A stretch of 64,000 bases of DNA from Acidimicrobiia bacterium (GTDB lineage: Bacteria > Actinomycetota > Acidimicrobiia > Spongiisociales > ZC4RG35): contig JAICRU010000002.1 in the NCBI GenBank assembly GCA_025937235.1, forward strand, positions 6,304 to 70,303, in the 5' to 3' direction. The position numbers were made by a program, and so were the translations under genes. Under the pieces are notes generated by a model. That model did not search any database, was not told where the DNA came from, and was given only the letters and a program-made list of their open reading frames with translations. Below, piece after piece: positions 46,931-57,285 of the stretch; position 1 is the stretch's first letter, and every line of letters starts with the position of its first letter.

Positions 46931-48397
46931 TCAAACACCCTGCTCCCCGGTCAGGGGTGGCCCGGTCATCAACCGGTGCAATGGCACCAAGGTCACGATC
47001 ATGATCCCAAGGCTCACGGCGTGGGCGATGGAGACGCCACTGGCCAGGGCCTCGACCGCAGCCCCGGCCAATTGCGAAGTATCACCTGCCAGGGCATCTC
47101 TCACGGTGGACACATCGCCGACGGTCCTGGCCACCGTCGCCAGGATGACCCCACCGGCCAGACCGGCGCCCACCGACATGCCCACCGTGCGGCTGAAGGC
47201 ATGCGCAGACGTCGCGCGCCCAGCGAGATTGGGAGCGACGGCGAGCCGGACCATCTGCAGGGCGGAGTTGGTCACCGCCCCGACCGCGGTGCCCATGGCG
47301 AAGTAGGTGGCGTAGATGACTGGAAGGGGGGCGGCGAAGGCGACCGCAGTCCATGCGGCAGCGATCGCCGGGATGCCGACGAGAACCCCAACCCTCATCA
47401 CCGATCGCTCCTCGACCCGATCCGTGACCCGCCCCGCGACGTTGGCTGCCACGGTCCAGCCGATGGTCAGCCAGAGCACCGACCAGGCCGCCGCCGCGAC
47501 CGTCGCGCCACGTGCACCTCTCACGTACACCGGCAGATAGGTGGAGAGCCCCATGATCGCCACCAGGGTCAATGCGGCCACCGCGGCCAGCTGGCGATAG
47601 GGATAGTCGCCGATGAAGCGGCGGTCGAGCAGGCTGGAACGATCGCGCGTCATCCGCTGCCACAGCAACCAGCCGCTCACGACCATGACCATTGCGGGCA
47701 GCCACGCCGCCGAGGAGAGGTAGGAGACCGTGGCGAGCAATGAGCCGACGGTGACCACCAGCAGGGCCACCGCGATCCAGTCGATGCGCAGGGGAGCAGG
47801 CTCAACTGGCCCGGGCAGCGTGCGCCAGCCCGCGACGAGGGCGGCCGCCGCGATCGGGACCATGACCAGGAATATCCAGCGCCACGAGCCGACCTGAAGC
47901 AGCGCAGCGGCGAGGGCGGGGCCGGCGAAGCCCATCACCCCCCACACATTGGAGTTGGCGGCGAAGGCGCGCCCCATCAACTGGCTTGGGTAGACCACGG
48001 CCACCGCCCCGACACCTACCGAGATCAGGGCTCCGCCAGTCGCCCCTTGCAACACCCGGGTGGCGACGAGCAACGGCATTGAATCGGTGGCAGCCGCAGC
48101 CAGGGAGGCGGCGGCGAATCCGATGGTGGCCCACCGAAAGACAGTGGAGGTCCCAAGGGAGTCGATGAACGACCCGGCGATGGCGGTGGCCACCCCCGAT
48201 GCGAGCAAGAAACCGGTTATCACCCACGGCAGAAGCTCGACATCGCCGAGCTCGGCGGTGAGATCGGGTAGCGCCGCGGTCACGGCAAGGCCTTCGAAGG
48301 CAACGATGGCGATCGTGGTGTAGATGGCGATGGAAGCGGGGAGGAGCTCCCGGGAGAGAATGGACCTGGGGACCGTCATCCGCCCCAAGGATGGCAC
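46931..48397 (-). CDS. MFS-family transporter (14-TM, DHA2-like)
   Basis: Hydropathy profile and MFS signature regions. Sits 17 nt upstream of dnaE on the same strand. Confidence 0.7.
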   Translation of the reverse strand: MPSLGRMTVPRSILSRELLPASIAIYTTIAIVAFEGLAVTAALPDLTAELGDVELLPWVITGFLLASGVATAIAGSFIDSLGTSTVFRWATIGFAAASLAAAATDSMPLLVATRVLQGATGGALISVGVGAVAVVYPSQLMGRAFAANSNVWGVMGFAGPALAAALLQVGSWRWIFLVMVPIAAAALVAGWRTLPGPVEPAPLRIDWIAVALLVVTVGSLLATVSYLSSAAWLPAMVMVVSGWLLWQRMTRDRSSLLDRRFIGDYPYRQLAAVAALTLVAIMGLSTYLPVYVRGARGATVAAAAWSVLWLTIGWTVAANVAGRVTDRVEERSVMRVGVLVGIPAIAAAWTAVAFAAPLPVIYATYFAMGTAVGAVTNSALQMVRLAVAPNLAGRATSAHAFSRTVGMSVGAGLAGGVILATVARTVGDVSTVRDALAGDTSQLAGAAVEALASGVSIAHAVSLGIMIVTLVPLHRLMTGPPLTGEQGV

Positions 48398-48439
48398 GAT
48401 GGGACCGCATCCACGGCTACCCGCCGGGCTCAGGGAGAT

Positions 48440-49282
48440 TCAGACCGCGACGGAGAGGGCAGCCAGCACCGCGACGGCCAGCCCGACCCAGGCCCGCATC
48501 GTGTCGGCTTGGGGGCCCTGGATACGGGCCCAGATCTCACCGATGACGAACCCGGCGATCAACCCGCCGAGATGTGCCTGCCAGGAGATGTTCCGGAAAA
48601 CGAAGGCGATGCCGGCGTTTATCGCGAGCAGGAAGATGAGCTGGGTCAGCAGGGCACGGCCTTGCATCGTGTTCCTGCGATGGAGGGCCCAGCTCAGCCA
48701 TATCCCGAAGAGCCCGAAGATGGCCCCCGACGCCCCCACCGCGATCTGGTTCGGGCCACCGTCCCAGACGTCGTACCAATAGGCAAAGGCGCCGCCAACG
48801 GCCGCGGAGGCGAGGAACAGGGTGACGAACGGCCAGGTGCCCACACCCCGCTCGATTTGTGGACCGAGGACGTAGAGGGCCCACATGTTGAAGAGGATGT
48901 GGGTGATCGACCCGTGGAGAAGCACCACAGTGAAGATCCGCCACCACTCCCCGTCAGCGATCAGGGGGTTGACCTGGGCGAAGATCTCGACCAGCTGATC
49001 CCGTAGTCCGATGAACCCGAGCAGGAAGAAAATCACTGCCAGGCCGATGAAGATCATCGTGGCCGGAGCCCCCGCGAACGCCGATTGACGCCGGCGCGGC
49101 CCGGTGGGAACCACCCGCTGGGCGCCCTCCTGACGCAAACAGTCGGGACACCTCTGCCCCACCGCAGCATCGATGGAACAGGCGGAGCAAATGGGGCGGC
49201 CACATCGGCTGCAGCTGAGCAAGGTGCTCCGGTCGGGGTGGCGATAACAGACCGGCGCGGCTGTGGCGTGATCCTGGGTCAC
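48440..49282 (-). CDS. Rhomboid-family intramembrane serine protease with N-terminal zinc-ribbon
   Basis: N-terminal CxxC...CxxC ribbon. Catalytic Ser in GASGAIFGL and catalytic His in AHLGGLIAG. Confidence 0.85.
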   Translation of the reverse strand: MTQDHATAAPVCYRHPDRSTLLSCSRCGRPICSACSIDAAVGQRCPDCLRQEGAQRVVPTGPRRRQSAFAGAPATMIFIGLAVIFFLLGFIGLRDQLVEIFAQVNPLIADGEWWRIFTVVLLHGSITHILFNMWALYVLGPQIERGVGTWPFVTLFLASAAVGGAFAYWYDVWDGGPNQIAVGASGAIFGLFGIWLSWALHRRNTMQGRALLTQLIFLLAINAGIAFVFRNISWQAHLGGLIAGFVIGEIWARIQGPQADTMRAWVGLAVAVLAALSVAV

Positions 49283-49309
49283 GACCGGAACGCTATCGCT
49301 ACCACAGAC

Positions 49310-50230
49310 CTACCCGTTCCCCGGCTGACGCACAGAATCCAGGACCGCGACGAGGTCGGGCGGAAGCGGGGAGGCGAAGCTGACCGGGTCGCCACTGACC
49401 GGGTGGGTCAGATCGAGTCGATGGGCGTGGAGAAATATGCGTCTGCTCTTCGCCGGGACTGGCAGCGTCGAATAGGTCTTGTCGCCGACCACGGGATGAG
49501 CGATGGCGGCGAGATGGACCCTGATCTGATGGGTCCGACCGGTGCCGAGCCCGATCTCGAGCAGGGATAGATCCTTGCCAGGGAAGTACTCCAAGATCTC
49601 GTAGTGGGTCACGGCAGGCTTGCCTCCCGCCACCACTGCCCGTCGGGTGGGTCTCGACTGGTCCCTCCCGATGGGGGCATCGATCGTCCCGGTCGGAGCG
49701 GAGAACGCTCCATGGACCAAGGCGGTGTAGAGACGACTGATGCGGCGTCCGGCCAGGTCGGCTCTGAGCTTGTCGAAGGCGCTCGTGGTGCGGCCCACCA
49801 GAAGGAGGCCCGACGTGTCACGATCGAGCCTGTGCACCAGGCCCCATCGCCCGATGTCACCAACCCCCTCAAGCTCGGGGTAACGATGGAGAAGACCGGC
49901 GGCGAGTGTGGGGCCGCGATGTCCCGAGCCGGGGTGAACGACCAGCCCGGCCGGCTTGTCCACCACGATCAGATCGGAGTCCTCGTGCACCACCCGGAGC
50001 TCCATCGCCTCGGGCTCCAGCCCGCCGGATTCGGTTGGTGAAGGGGCCTCCACCACGCCTCCGGCCCGAACCCGGTCGCTGGGGCGCGCCGGCATCCCAT
50101 CGATCAGCACGCCCCGCTCGATCAGGGCACGAGCCCGGGCCCGGCTCAACTCCAACATCTCGGCCAGAGCCTTGTCGACGCGGTCGCCATCGAGGCGCTG
50201 CGGCACCTCGAGTCTCAGCGCGTCTGCCAC
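49310..50230 (-). CDS. rluD: RluA-family 23S rRNA pseudouridine synthase (RluD-like)
   Basis: S4 domain followed by the catalytic motif HRLDRDTSGLLLV. GTG start at 50230 overlaps the lspA 3' end by 16 nt. The ORF-track 513-aa call fuses it to an out-of-frame extension. Confidence 0.8.
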   Translation of the reverse strand: MADALRLEVPQRLDGDRVDKALAEMLELSRARARALIERGVLIDGMPARPSDRVRAGGVVEAPSPTESGGLEPEAMELRVVHEDSDLIVVDKPAGLVVHPGSGHRGPTLAAGLLHRYPELEGVGDIGRWGLVHRLDRDTSGLLLVGRTTSAFDKLRADLAGRRISRLYTALVHGAFSAPTGTIDAPIGRDQSRPTRRAVVAGGKPAVTHYEILEYFPGKDLSLLEIGLGTGRTHQIRVHLAAIAHPVVGDKTYSTLPVPAKSRRIFLHAHRLDLTHPVSGDPVSFASPLPPDLVAVLDSVRQPGNG

Positions 50231-50685
50231 GCGTGTATGAGTAGCAGCCCGACCGCGATCGTGATCGACATATCCGCAACGTTGAAGGTCGGGATCCACC
50301 AGAGGTCGATCCAGTCGATCACCCTGCCGTCGAGAAGCCCCGGGCTTCGGAAGATCCTGTCGATGACGTTGCCCAGCGCCCCACCAATGATCAACCCGTA
50401 GGCCATGGTCTCCAGCACCGGGCGCTCGCGGCGGATGGCCCAGAGAAGGACGACGCTGACCACGAGCGCAATGGCGCCGAGGAACGGCCCCGCATTCTCG
50501 AACATGGAGAAGGCGGCGCCCGGGTTCTCGGTGAACGTCAGCACCAGGAAGTTCGGGATGAGCACGATGTCGCCGTCGACCAGCTCTATCGAGGCCCACC
50601 GCTTGGTCAGCGCATCGATGGTGACCACCAGGATGGCGAGCCCGGCCCCCAGGGCGTACCGGCGGATCAGGCCTTGCGTGCGCAA
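50215..50685 (-). CDS. lspA: Lipoprotein signal peptidase II
   Basis: Conserved LspA boxes (NPGAAFS, GNVIDRI, FNVADMSI). Start is uncertain; a TTG at 50685 is proposed, as the ORF-track start overlaps the dksA-like gene. Confidence 0.75.
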   Translation of the reverse strand: MRTQGLIRRYALGAGLAILVVTIDALTKRWASIELVDGDIVLIPNFLVLTFTENPGAAFSMFENAGPFLGAIALVVSVVLLWAIRRERPVLETMAYGLIIGGALGNVIDRIFRSPGLLDGRVIDWIDLWWIPTFNVADMSITIAVGLLLIHAWQTR

Positions 50686-51038
50686 TCGACGCAGTGCGTC
50701 GCGTAGGGAAGGACGTCCAACCTGGCCAGTGGTATCGACTTTCCGCAGCTCTCGCATATCCCGTAGGTGCCCTCGTCGGTCTTGGCCAGCGCCCGCTCCA
50801 CCTTCCCGAGCAGATCGATCGTGTTCTGCTCGATCGACAGCTCCTTGGCATACTCGAGCTTGGTGGAGCTGGCCTCGGCGTTCCCCGGATCGGGGCTCCG
50901 GTCGGACGAGCTCTCGGAGAGGCGCGCCTCTTCGAGCTCCTGCTCGTAATCGTCGATCAACGACTGGAGGCGGGCCCGTTCCTCCTCGAGTCTGGCCCGG
51001 AACTTGTCGACGGTTGACTTGGCAAGCTGTCTAGCCAC
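50667..51038 (-). CDS. DksA/TraR-family C4 zinc-finger protein
   Basis: Coiled-coil N-terminus and C-terminal CESCGKSI...CVDC zinc finger. Confidence 0.75.
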   Translation of the reverse strand: MARQLAKSTVDKFRARLEEERARLQSLIDDYEQELEEARLSESSSDRSPDPGNAEASSTKLEYAKELSIEQNTIDLLGKVERALAKTDEGTYGICESCGKSIPLARLDVLPYATHCVDCARKA

Positions 51039-51169
51039 GGCGATCCCCCGCTAAAAGGGCGGCAACCCTACCAACGGCTCGTCGCTATTGGGCGTGTTTC
51101 CCCTCGGAGTGCAGGACGCCGATCCGCCCTAGCATTTCTGCCTCCCATGTCAGAACCCAGGGCAGATCG

Positions 51170-54100
51170 ATGAGCAGGGCCGGCTTCACCAGGGTCGACC
51201 CTGCCGTGGACATACCGGCGATGGAGAAGGGGGTCCTCGCACTCTGGCGCGAGATCAAAGCGTTCGAGGAGTCCATCCAACGCCGCCCCGAAGACAAGGA
51301 GTACATCTTCTACGACGGACCCCCCTTCCCCACCGGGAGCCCTCACTACGGCAACCTCCTGGCCGGGGTGATCAAGGACATGGTGCCCCGTTACTGGACC
51401 ATGCGCGGCTACCGGGTCGATCGCCGATTCGGCTGGGACACCCACGGGCTCCCGATCGAGATCGAGGTGGAGAAACGGCTGGGCATCTCCGGGCCCAGGG
51501 CCATCGCCGAGTTCGGAGTGGATCGGTTCAACGAGGCCGCCCGCAGCCTGGTCCAGGCCAACACCGAGAACTGGGAGACGCTCACCGAGCGGATCGGGCG
51601 ATGGGTGGATTTCGAGAACGACTACAAGACCATGGACCCGGAGTTCATGGAGACCGTTTGGTGGGTCTTCAAGCAACTGTGGGACAAAGGCCTGATCTAC
51701 AAGGACTTCAAGGTACTCCCCTACTCCTGGGGGGCCTCCACCCCTCTATCCAACTTCGAGGCGAACAAGGACTACCGCGACGTCGACGACCCGTCGATCA
51801 CCGTCAGGCTGGTGGTGACCGAGGGTGCCGGGCCGGTCGAGGCCGGCGACTACCTGCTGGTATGGACCACCACCCCGTGGACGCTACCGGGCAACCTGGC
51901 AGTGGCCGTCGGGGACGACATCACCTATGTCCGGATCGCCGATGGCCATGACCACTACTGGATGGCGTCGTCCAGGGTCACGACCGTCTTCGAGGATGAC
52001 CCGTCTCCTGTCGCCAGTGCCGAGGGGGCAGCCCTGGTCGGCATCCAATATCAGCCCCCATTCGATCATTTCGCGAACCAGCGCGAGGCCGGGGCCTTCC
52101 GCATCATCGCTTCGCCCGAGGTAGCGACGGACGAGGGGACCGGGCTGGTCCACATGGCCCCCGCCTATGGAGAGGCCGACTTCTATGCTCTAAAGGGGGC
52201 GGGTATCGACGCCCTGGTAGACCCGGTGGACGCCGAGGGCGCCTTCACCGAAGAGGTGCCGGAGGTGGCGGGCCAGAACGTGAAGGTCGCAGATGCGACT
52301 CTCATCGACCTGCTCCGGGAATCGGGCAAGCTCGTTCGGTCCGGCCGGATCACACACTCTTACCCATTCTGCGAGCGAACCGGGACCCCACTGATCTACA
52401 AGGCGATACCGACCTGGTTCGTGAGGGTGGAGGATCTCAAGGACCGTATGGTCGCGATCAACGACACCATCCACTGGGTTCCCGAGTACGTGGGAACACG
52501 GCGCTTCGGGAACTGGCTGGTCAATGCCCGCGATTGGGCGGTGAGCCGTAATCGGTATTGGGGCTCGTGCCTCCCCGTGTGGGAGTGCTCCGACTGTGAC
52601 GAGGCGGTTGCCGTGGGCTCTCTCGACGAGTTGGAGGAGCTCTCCGGCCGGCGGCCCGAGGATCTGCACAAACACGTGGTCGACGGGATCTCTTGGCCCT
52701 GCGCATCGTGCGGTGGGTCGATGGTCAGGGTCCCCGAGGTCCTGGACGGCTGGTTCGAGTCGGGGTCTATGCCCTACGGGATGCTCCATTACCCCTTCGA
52801 GAACGCCGAGCGCTTCGAGGCGGCCTTTCCGGCCAAGTTCATCGCCGAAGGGTTGGATCAGACCCGGGGCTGGTTCTACACACTGATCGTCCTCTCCACC
52901 GCCCTGTTCGACAAGCCGGCATTCGAGAACTGTGTGGTCAACGGGCTGATCCTCGCCGAGGACGGGCGCAAGATGTCCAAGAGCCTGAAGAACTACCCCG
53001 ACCCCTCGGAGATCTTCGATCGCATGGGTGCCGATGCGCTGCGTGCTTTCTTGATCAACTCGCCTGTGTTGCGGGCCGAGCCGCTCCGCTTCAGCAGTGA
53101 CGGCGTGGCGGAGGTGGTCCGCACCGTGCTCCTCCCCATGTGGAACACCTACAGCTTCTTCACAACCTATGCCGAGGCAGATGGCATCACCGTCGCCGAT
53201 CTCGCCACGGCCCCCGACCCAGGTGATCGCCCCGAGCTGGACCGTTGGATCCTCTCCGTGCTCCAGAGCCTGGTATCCGAGGTCAACACACAGATGGAGG
53301 GCTACTACCTGTACAACGTGGTCCCCCCCACACTCGGGTTCATCGACCATCTCACCAACTGGTACGTCCGGCGCTCACGACGCCGCTTCTGGCGCACGCG
53401 TGGCGAGTCGGGCGACGACGACGCCGACAAGCTCGCCGCTTTCGCCACGCTCTATGAGGTGCTCACCACATTCATCGAGGTGCTCGCCCCTGTGCTGCCC
53501 TTCATCACCGAGCACCTCTATCAGGACCTGGTCGCTCGTCACCGGACAGATGTCGTCGCCAGTGTCCACCACCGCGACTTCCCGGAGGCCGACGCCGGCC
53601 TGATCGACACGGGTCTGGAGCAGGCAATGGAAGTGGTGCGGGAGGTGGTGCGTCTTGGCCGAAACCTGAGGAAGAAGGAAGGGCTCAAAGTGCGCCAGCC
53701 GTTACCCAGGCTGACTGTCCTCACCCGGGACCCGGTGGTGGCGGGGGCCGTCGGCGATCATGCCGAAGTGATCGCCGATGAGCTGAACGTCAAGGAGGTG
53801 ATCACCTCGGCCGACGAAGCGGGTCTGCTCCGACTCTCGGCCCGGGCCAACTTCCGCAGCCTCGGCCGGCGTCTTGGGCCCAGGATGCCCGAGGCGGCGG
53901 CGGCCATAGCCGCTCTGGGGCCGGATGACCTGGAAGAGATCCTCACCGGGGGAAAGGTCACCGTCGCCGGCGAACAGCTCGGGGCTGACGACATCATCGT
54001 CGAGCGAGCCCCACACGATGGGACCGTGGTGGAGACCGGCTCGGCGCTGGCGGTCGCCCTCGACACCACCATGTCGGAGGACCTCGTGCTGGAAGGCATC

Positions 54101-54361
54101 GCCCGCGAAGTGATCAGCCGGGTCCAAAGGATGAGACGGGACGCCGGCCTGGAGGTGTCGGACCGCATCCGTCTAGGTTGGTCGAGCGCCGACGCGACCA
54201 TCCGGGCTGCGCTGGCCAGACACGCCGAAGACATCGGCTCCGAGGTGCTGGCCATCTCGGTGGACGAGCACGGCGATGAGAGGTACGAGACACACGCCAT
54301 CGCCGGTGCTGTGGTGACGCTCGGTATCAGCCGGGCGGAGAGAACGGGTCAGGTCTCCTGA
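51170..54361 (+). CDS. ileS: Isoleucyl-tRNA synthetase
   Basis: HIGH (PSGSPHYGN context) and KMSKS motifs, editing domain, 1063 aa. Confidence 0.95.
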   Translation: MSRAGFTRVDPAVDIPAMEKGVLALWREIKAFEESIQRRPEDKEYIFYDGPPFPTGSPHYGNLLAGVIKDMVPRYWTMRGYRVDRRFGWDTHGLPIEIEVEKRLGISGPRAIAEFGVDRFNEAARSLVQANTENWETLTERIGRWVDFENDYKTMDPEFMETVWWVFKQLWDKGLIYKDFKVLPYSWGASTPLSNFEANKDYRDVDDPSITVRLVVTEGAGPVEAGDYLLVWTTTPWTLPGNLAVAVGDDITYVRIADGHDHYWMASSRVTTVFEDDPSPVASAEGAALVGIQYQPPFDHFANQREAGAFRIIASPEVATDEGTGLVHMAPAYGEADFYALKGAGIDALVDPVDAEGAFTEEVPEVAGQNVKVADATLIDLLRESGKLVRSGRITHSYPFCERTGTPLIYKAIPTWFVRVEDLKDRMVAINDTIHWVPEYVGTRRFGNWLVNARDWAVSRNRYWGSCLPVWECSDCDEAVAVGSLDELEELSGRRPEDLHKHVVDGISWPCASCGGSMVRVPEVLDGWFESGSMPYGMLHYPFENAERFEAAFPAKFIAEGLDQTRGWFYTLIVLSTALFDKPAFENCVVNGLILAEDGRKMSKSLKNYPDPSEIFDRMGADALRAFLINSPVLRAEPLRFSSDGVAEVVRTVLLPMWNTYSFFTTYAEADGITVADLATAPDPGDRPELDRWILSVLQSLVSEVNTQMEGYYLYNVVPPTLGFIDHLTNWYVRRSRRRFWRTRGESGDDDADKLAAFATLYEVLTTFIEVLAPVLPFITEHLYQDLVARHRTDVVASVHHRDFPEADAGLIDTGLEQAMEVVREVVRLGRNLRKKEGLKVRQPLPRLTVLTRDPVVAGAVGDHAEVIADELNVKEVITSADEAGLLRLSARANFRSLGRRLGPRMPEAAAAIAALGPDDLEEILTGGKVTVAGEQLGADDIIVERAPHDGTVVETGSALAVALDTTMSEDLVLEGIAREVISRVQRMRRDAGLEVSDRIRLGWSSADATIRAALARHAEDIGSEVLAISVDEHGDERYETHAIAGAVVTLGISRAERTGQVS

Positions 54362-55137
54362 CCCTCGCCCTCTCTTTCGGCGTCGTCCACACCCTCTATC
54401 TCCGCTGACCCGGCGTATTCGTCATCGACGGCCTCTCTCGACTCATCCAGGTCCACCTCCAGCCCGGTGTCCTGGCCTCTGTGTTCCAGGGGTCCGTCGT
54501 CTTCGGCGCCGGCTGAGCCGGCGTCGGCAAGAGCCTTCCCTTCGACGGTGCCCGCTCCCTGATGATCGACCTCGTTCTCGACTGACTCCGCGGCCTCGAT
54601 TTCGCCGGTGGTTGCCTCCGGTTCCGCCGGCGCCTGGCCCTGGGCCCCGGCCACCGCGGCATCCATCTCGTCCAGCTTGTCGGCCACAGTGGTGGCGAGG
54701 ACGGCCAGCTTGGTACGCACCCCCGCCACCAGTTCTGTCATCTGAGTCATCTCTGCATCGACCGCGGCCTTCTTGGCCTGACGCTCCTGGGCAAAGGTGT
54801 CGGCCTCGGTTCTGGCGTCGGCCACGATCCTGTCTGCTTCCCCGCGGGCCTCTTCGAGCATCCGATCCGCTGCTTGCTGGGCCGCCACCAGGGCACGGCC
54901 CACGGCCGACTCATCCGGGCCGGCGGCAACGGGTGCGGCGGCCTCGTCCGCGGCAACCACTGATGGTGGGTCGCCCTCGAGCTCGGCTACACGCTGCCGG
55001 GCCGCGGCCAGCTCTTCCTCGAGTCCCCGCACCGCAACCACCATTTCGTCCAGGAAGTCGTCGACTTCGTCGAGGTCGTAACCTCGGAGCGCCGTCGAGA
55101 AGGTCTTCTTCTCGATATCAGCCGGTGTGATCGCCAT
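54349..55137 (-). CDS. divIVA: DivIVA/Wag31 cell-pole and septum determinant
   Basis: N-terminal DivIVA domain (MAITPADIEKKTFSTALRGYDLDEVDDFLDEM) plus long coiled-coil. Confidence 0.9.
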   Translation of the reverse strand: MAITPADIEKKTFSTALRGYDLDEVDDFLDEMVVAVRGLEEELAAARQRVAELEGDPPSVVAADEAAAPVAAGPDESAVGRALVAAQQAADRMLEEARGEADRIVADARTEADTFAQERQAKKAAVDAEMTQMTELVAGVRTKLAVLATTVADKLDEMDAAVAGAQGQAPAEPEATTGEIEAAESVENEVDHQGAGTVEGKALADAGSAGAEDDGPLEHRGQDTGLEVDLDESREAVDDEYAGSAEIEGVDDAEREGEGQET

Positions 55138-55195
55138 GTCTTCTACCCCTTGCTAGTGCGTTGAGGATACGAACGGAGCGGCCCGGCTCCAAGGA

Positions 55196-55465
55196 TCAGA
55201 AGATCCCTCTCACCAGCCGGATCAACAACTGGATGCCGATCAGGAGGACGATCGGGGAGAGATCGAGCATGCCCCCGCCCATTCGGACCGGCGGGATGAC
55301 ACGACGCAGAGGCAGGATCACGGGATAGATGACCCGGTCCAGGAACACGTTGACCCGCCCCAGTGGGTGATCGGAGGACGTGGGGATCCACGACAGGATC
55401 ACCCAGGCCAGAACTGCATAGAAGTAGACCTGCAGGATCAGGATCAGGACGCCGCCGAGGTCCAC
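55196..55465 (-). CDS. yggT: YggT-family membrane protein (YlmG)
   Basis: 89 aa with 2 TM, in the conserved position between sepF and divIVA. Confidence 0.8.
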   Translation of the reverse strand: MDLGGVLILILQVYFYAVLAWVILSWIPTSSDHPLGRVNVFLDRVIYPVILPLRRVIPPVRMGGGMLDLSPIVLLIGIQLLIRLVRGIF

Positions 55466-55468
55466 AGC

Positions 55469-56002
55469 TCAATCGTCGACGTCGTCGAGCTCGTATGCCC
55501 CCAGTGTCGAGAGGCGGCGCTTCTCGTCCCGGCTCAAGGTGACCCGCGGTGGCAGGACCATCACCAGCCCGTCGCCGACCTTCCTCATCGAGCCGTCGAG
55601 GGCATAGATCAGTCCGGACGAGAAGTCCACCACTCGACGAACCAGGTCGTGGTCGGCCCGGCGCATGTCGAGGACCACCGGCACCCGGTCCCTGATCCGA
55701 TCGGCGAGGATCCGGGCATCGCCGAACTCCTCGACCACGATGATGTCCGACTGGCTGTCGATCGTCCTGACCAACCCCACCGTCTCCAGGCCCTCGCGAC
55801 TCGAGGCCCTGGTCGCCGCTCTCGCTGTCGGCGGGGGCTCGACCCGACGGCTCTGTGGCATCGGCTCCACCCGGCGCGGTTCGACCCGACGCGGCTGATC
55901 CTCGGCCGGGCCGGTCGGCGGTCGCTCGCCAGCCTCCGATTCGACCCCGTCTTCGTCGACGAGGCCCAGGTAGATCAGGGCTTTGGAGAAAAGTGACGAC
56001 AT
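55469..56002 (-). CDS. sepF: Cell division protein SepF
   Basis: C-terminal SepF domain (DSQSDIIVVEEFGDARILADRIRDRVPVVLDM), Arg/Pro-rich linker and N-terminal amphipathic helix. Confidence 0.9.
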   Translation of the reverse strand: MSSLFSKALIYLGLVDEDGVESEAGERPPTGPAEDQPRRVEPRRVEPMPQSRRVEPPPTARAATRASSREGLETVGLVRTIDSQSDIIVVEEFGDARILADRIRDRVPVVLDMRRADHDLVRRVVDFSSGLIYALDGSMRKVGDGLVMVLPPRVTLSRDEKRRLSTLGAYELDDVDD

Positions 56003-56011
56003 CTCACTCCG

Positions 56012-56665
56012 TCAGGTGCGTTCTCCAAAGATAGCCCGCCCCACCCGGATAACCGTGGAGCCTTCCTCGATGGCCACCTCGAAGTCGTCGGTCATGCCCA
56101 TCGAGAGCTCGACCAGTGATGGCTGCCCGGTGGCGAGCCGGTCGCGCAGCTCCCTGAGCATGGCGAAGTGGGGGCGTTGCTGCTCCGGGTCGTCGCTGTA
56201 GGGGGGGATGGCCATCAGACCGAGCACCTCGATGCCGAGCCCGGTCACCAGATCGAGGACCTCCCCGGCCCGTTCCGGGTCGGCTCCTGATTTCTGCTCC
56301 TCATGACCGGTGTTGACCTGGAGCAGAACCGGGGGCGGCAGGCCACTGCCTTTGGCCCAAGCTGCCGCGAGCGACTCGCGGTCCATCGAGTGGAGCAGAT
56401 GGGTGATGGGGCGTATCGAACGAGCCTTGTTGGTCTGGAGCCCACCGACGAAGTGCCATCTGATGTCTCCCGGCAAGCGAGCCGCCTTCTCCACCATCTC
56501 CTGGGCTCGGTTCTCGCCGAAGTCGCGGTGCCCTAGCGAGTAGACCACCTCGATGTCGGCGATGCTCTTGGCCTTCGACACCGCCACCAGTTGTATCGAG
56601 GCCACGTCCCGGCCGGCCCGTTCGGCAGCAGTGGCCATTCGCCTCAGGACGTCCTCGTAGCTCAT
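56012..56665 (-). CDS. yggS: YggS-family PLP-homeostasis protein (YlmE)
   Basis: Alanine-racemase-N-like barrel with PLP lysine (VAVSKAKS). Confidence 0.85.
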   Translation of the reverse strand: MSYEDVLRRMATAAERAGRDVASIQLVAVSKAKSIADIEVVYSLGHRDFGENRAQEMVEKAARLPGDIRWHFVGGLQTNKARSIRPITHLLHSMDRESLAAAWAKGSGLPPPVLLQVNTGHEEQKSGADPERAGEVLDLVTGLGIEVLGLMAIPPYSDDPEQQRPHFAMLRELRDRLATGQPSLVELSMGMTDDFEVAIEEGSTVIRVGRAIFGERT

Positions 56666-57285
56666 GCCACCCAGGCGATAGTGGCTATCCGCTGGGCGGT
56701 CCCTGTCCTGCGATGGCTGTAGAGGGACTCATCGTGCATGGTGCAGGTGCCCAACAACCAGACATCGAGCCCCTCTAGCTCTCGTCTTATGACAGAGGCG
56801 AGATCCACCGACGTGGCGCCCCACCGCGTCTCCCTCACATGGTCGGGGAAACGCTCCGCCACGTCGGGCCCGACCTCGAAGCAACACGGGCCTATCCCGG
56901 GCCCGATCGCCGCCCTGATAGGAGGGTGCCCATGGGCGGTCATCTCCGCCCGTAGGGCGGTGACCACACCTTCGGCCGCCCCGCGCCAGCCGGCATGGGC
57001 CACTCCCACGGCCGAACCGGCGTGCAGGACCACACCAAAGCAATCGGCCGTGAACACCGCCAGCGGGAGTCGGGGCACTTCGCTCCACAGGCCATCGGCC
57101 TCACCGAGCTCGCCCGGCCCGAGTGCCCGAACCATGTTGGTCCCGTGCACCTGACGCACGGTGGCCCAATCCCTAGATATCCCGAGCCAGGAGGAAACGG
57201 CGGAGCGGGCGGTCAGATCGTTCCGCTGGTCCCCATCCGCCGCTCCGGTGAAGGCCGCCCCGTCGACACCGGGGGGCCGGTTCAT
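56662..57285 (-). CDS. pgeF: YfiH/PgeF laccase-domain purine nucleoside phosphorylase (YlmD)
   Basis: Conserved Cys/His motifs ([10 protein letters not shown]..., [10 protein letters not shown]). Confidence 0.8.
   Translation of the reverse strand: MNRPPGVDGAAFTGAADGDQRNDLTARSAVSSWLGISRDWATVRQVHGTNMVRALGPGELGEADGLWSEVPRLPLAVFTADCFGVVLHAGSAVGVAHAGWRGAAEGVVTALRAEMTAHGHPPIRAAIGPGIGPCCFEVGPDVAERFPDHVRETRWGATSVDLASVIRRELEGLDVWLLGTCTMHDESLYSHRRTGTAQRIATIAWVA

Noticed and set aside
49310-50851. 513-aa minus-strand ORF
   Set aside because: It fuses rluD with an out-of-frame extension across lspA. It splits cleanly into rluD (GTG 50230) and lspA.
51039-51169. Possible T-box riboswitch leader upstream of ileS
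   Set aside because: Expected from actinobacterial ileS biology, but no T-box consensus (GGUGGnACCGCG) or Ile specifier context could be found in the 131-nt spacer.
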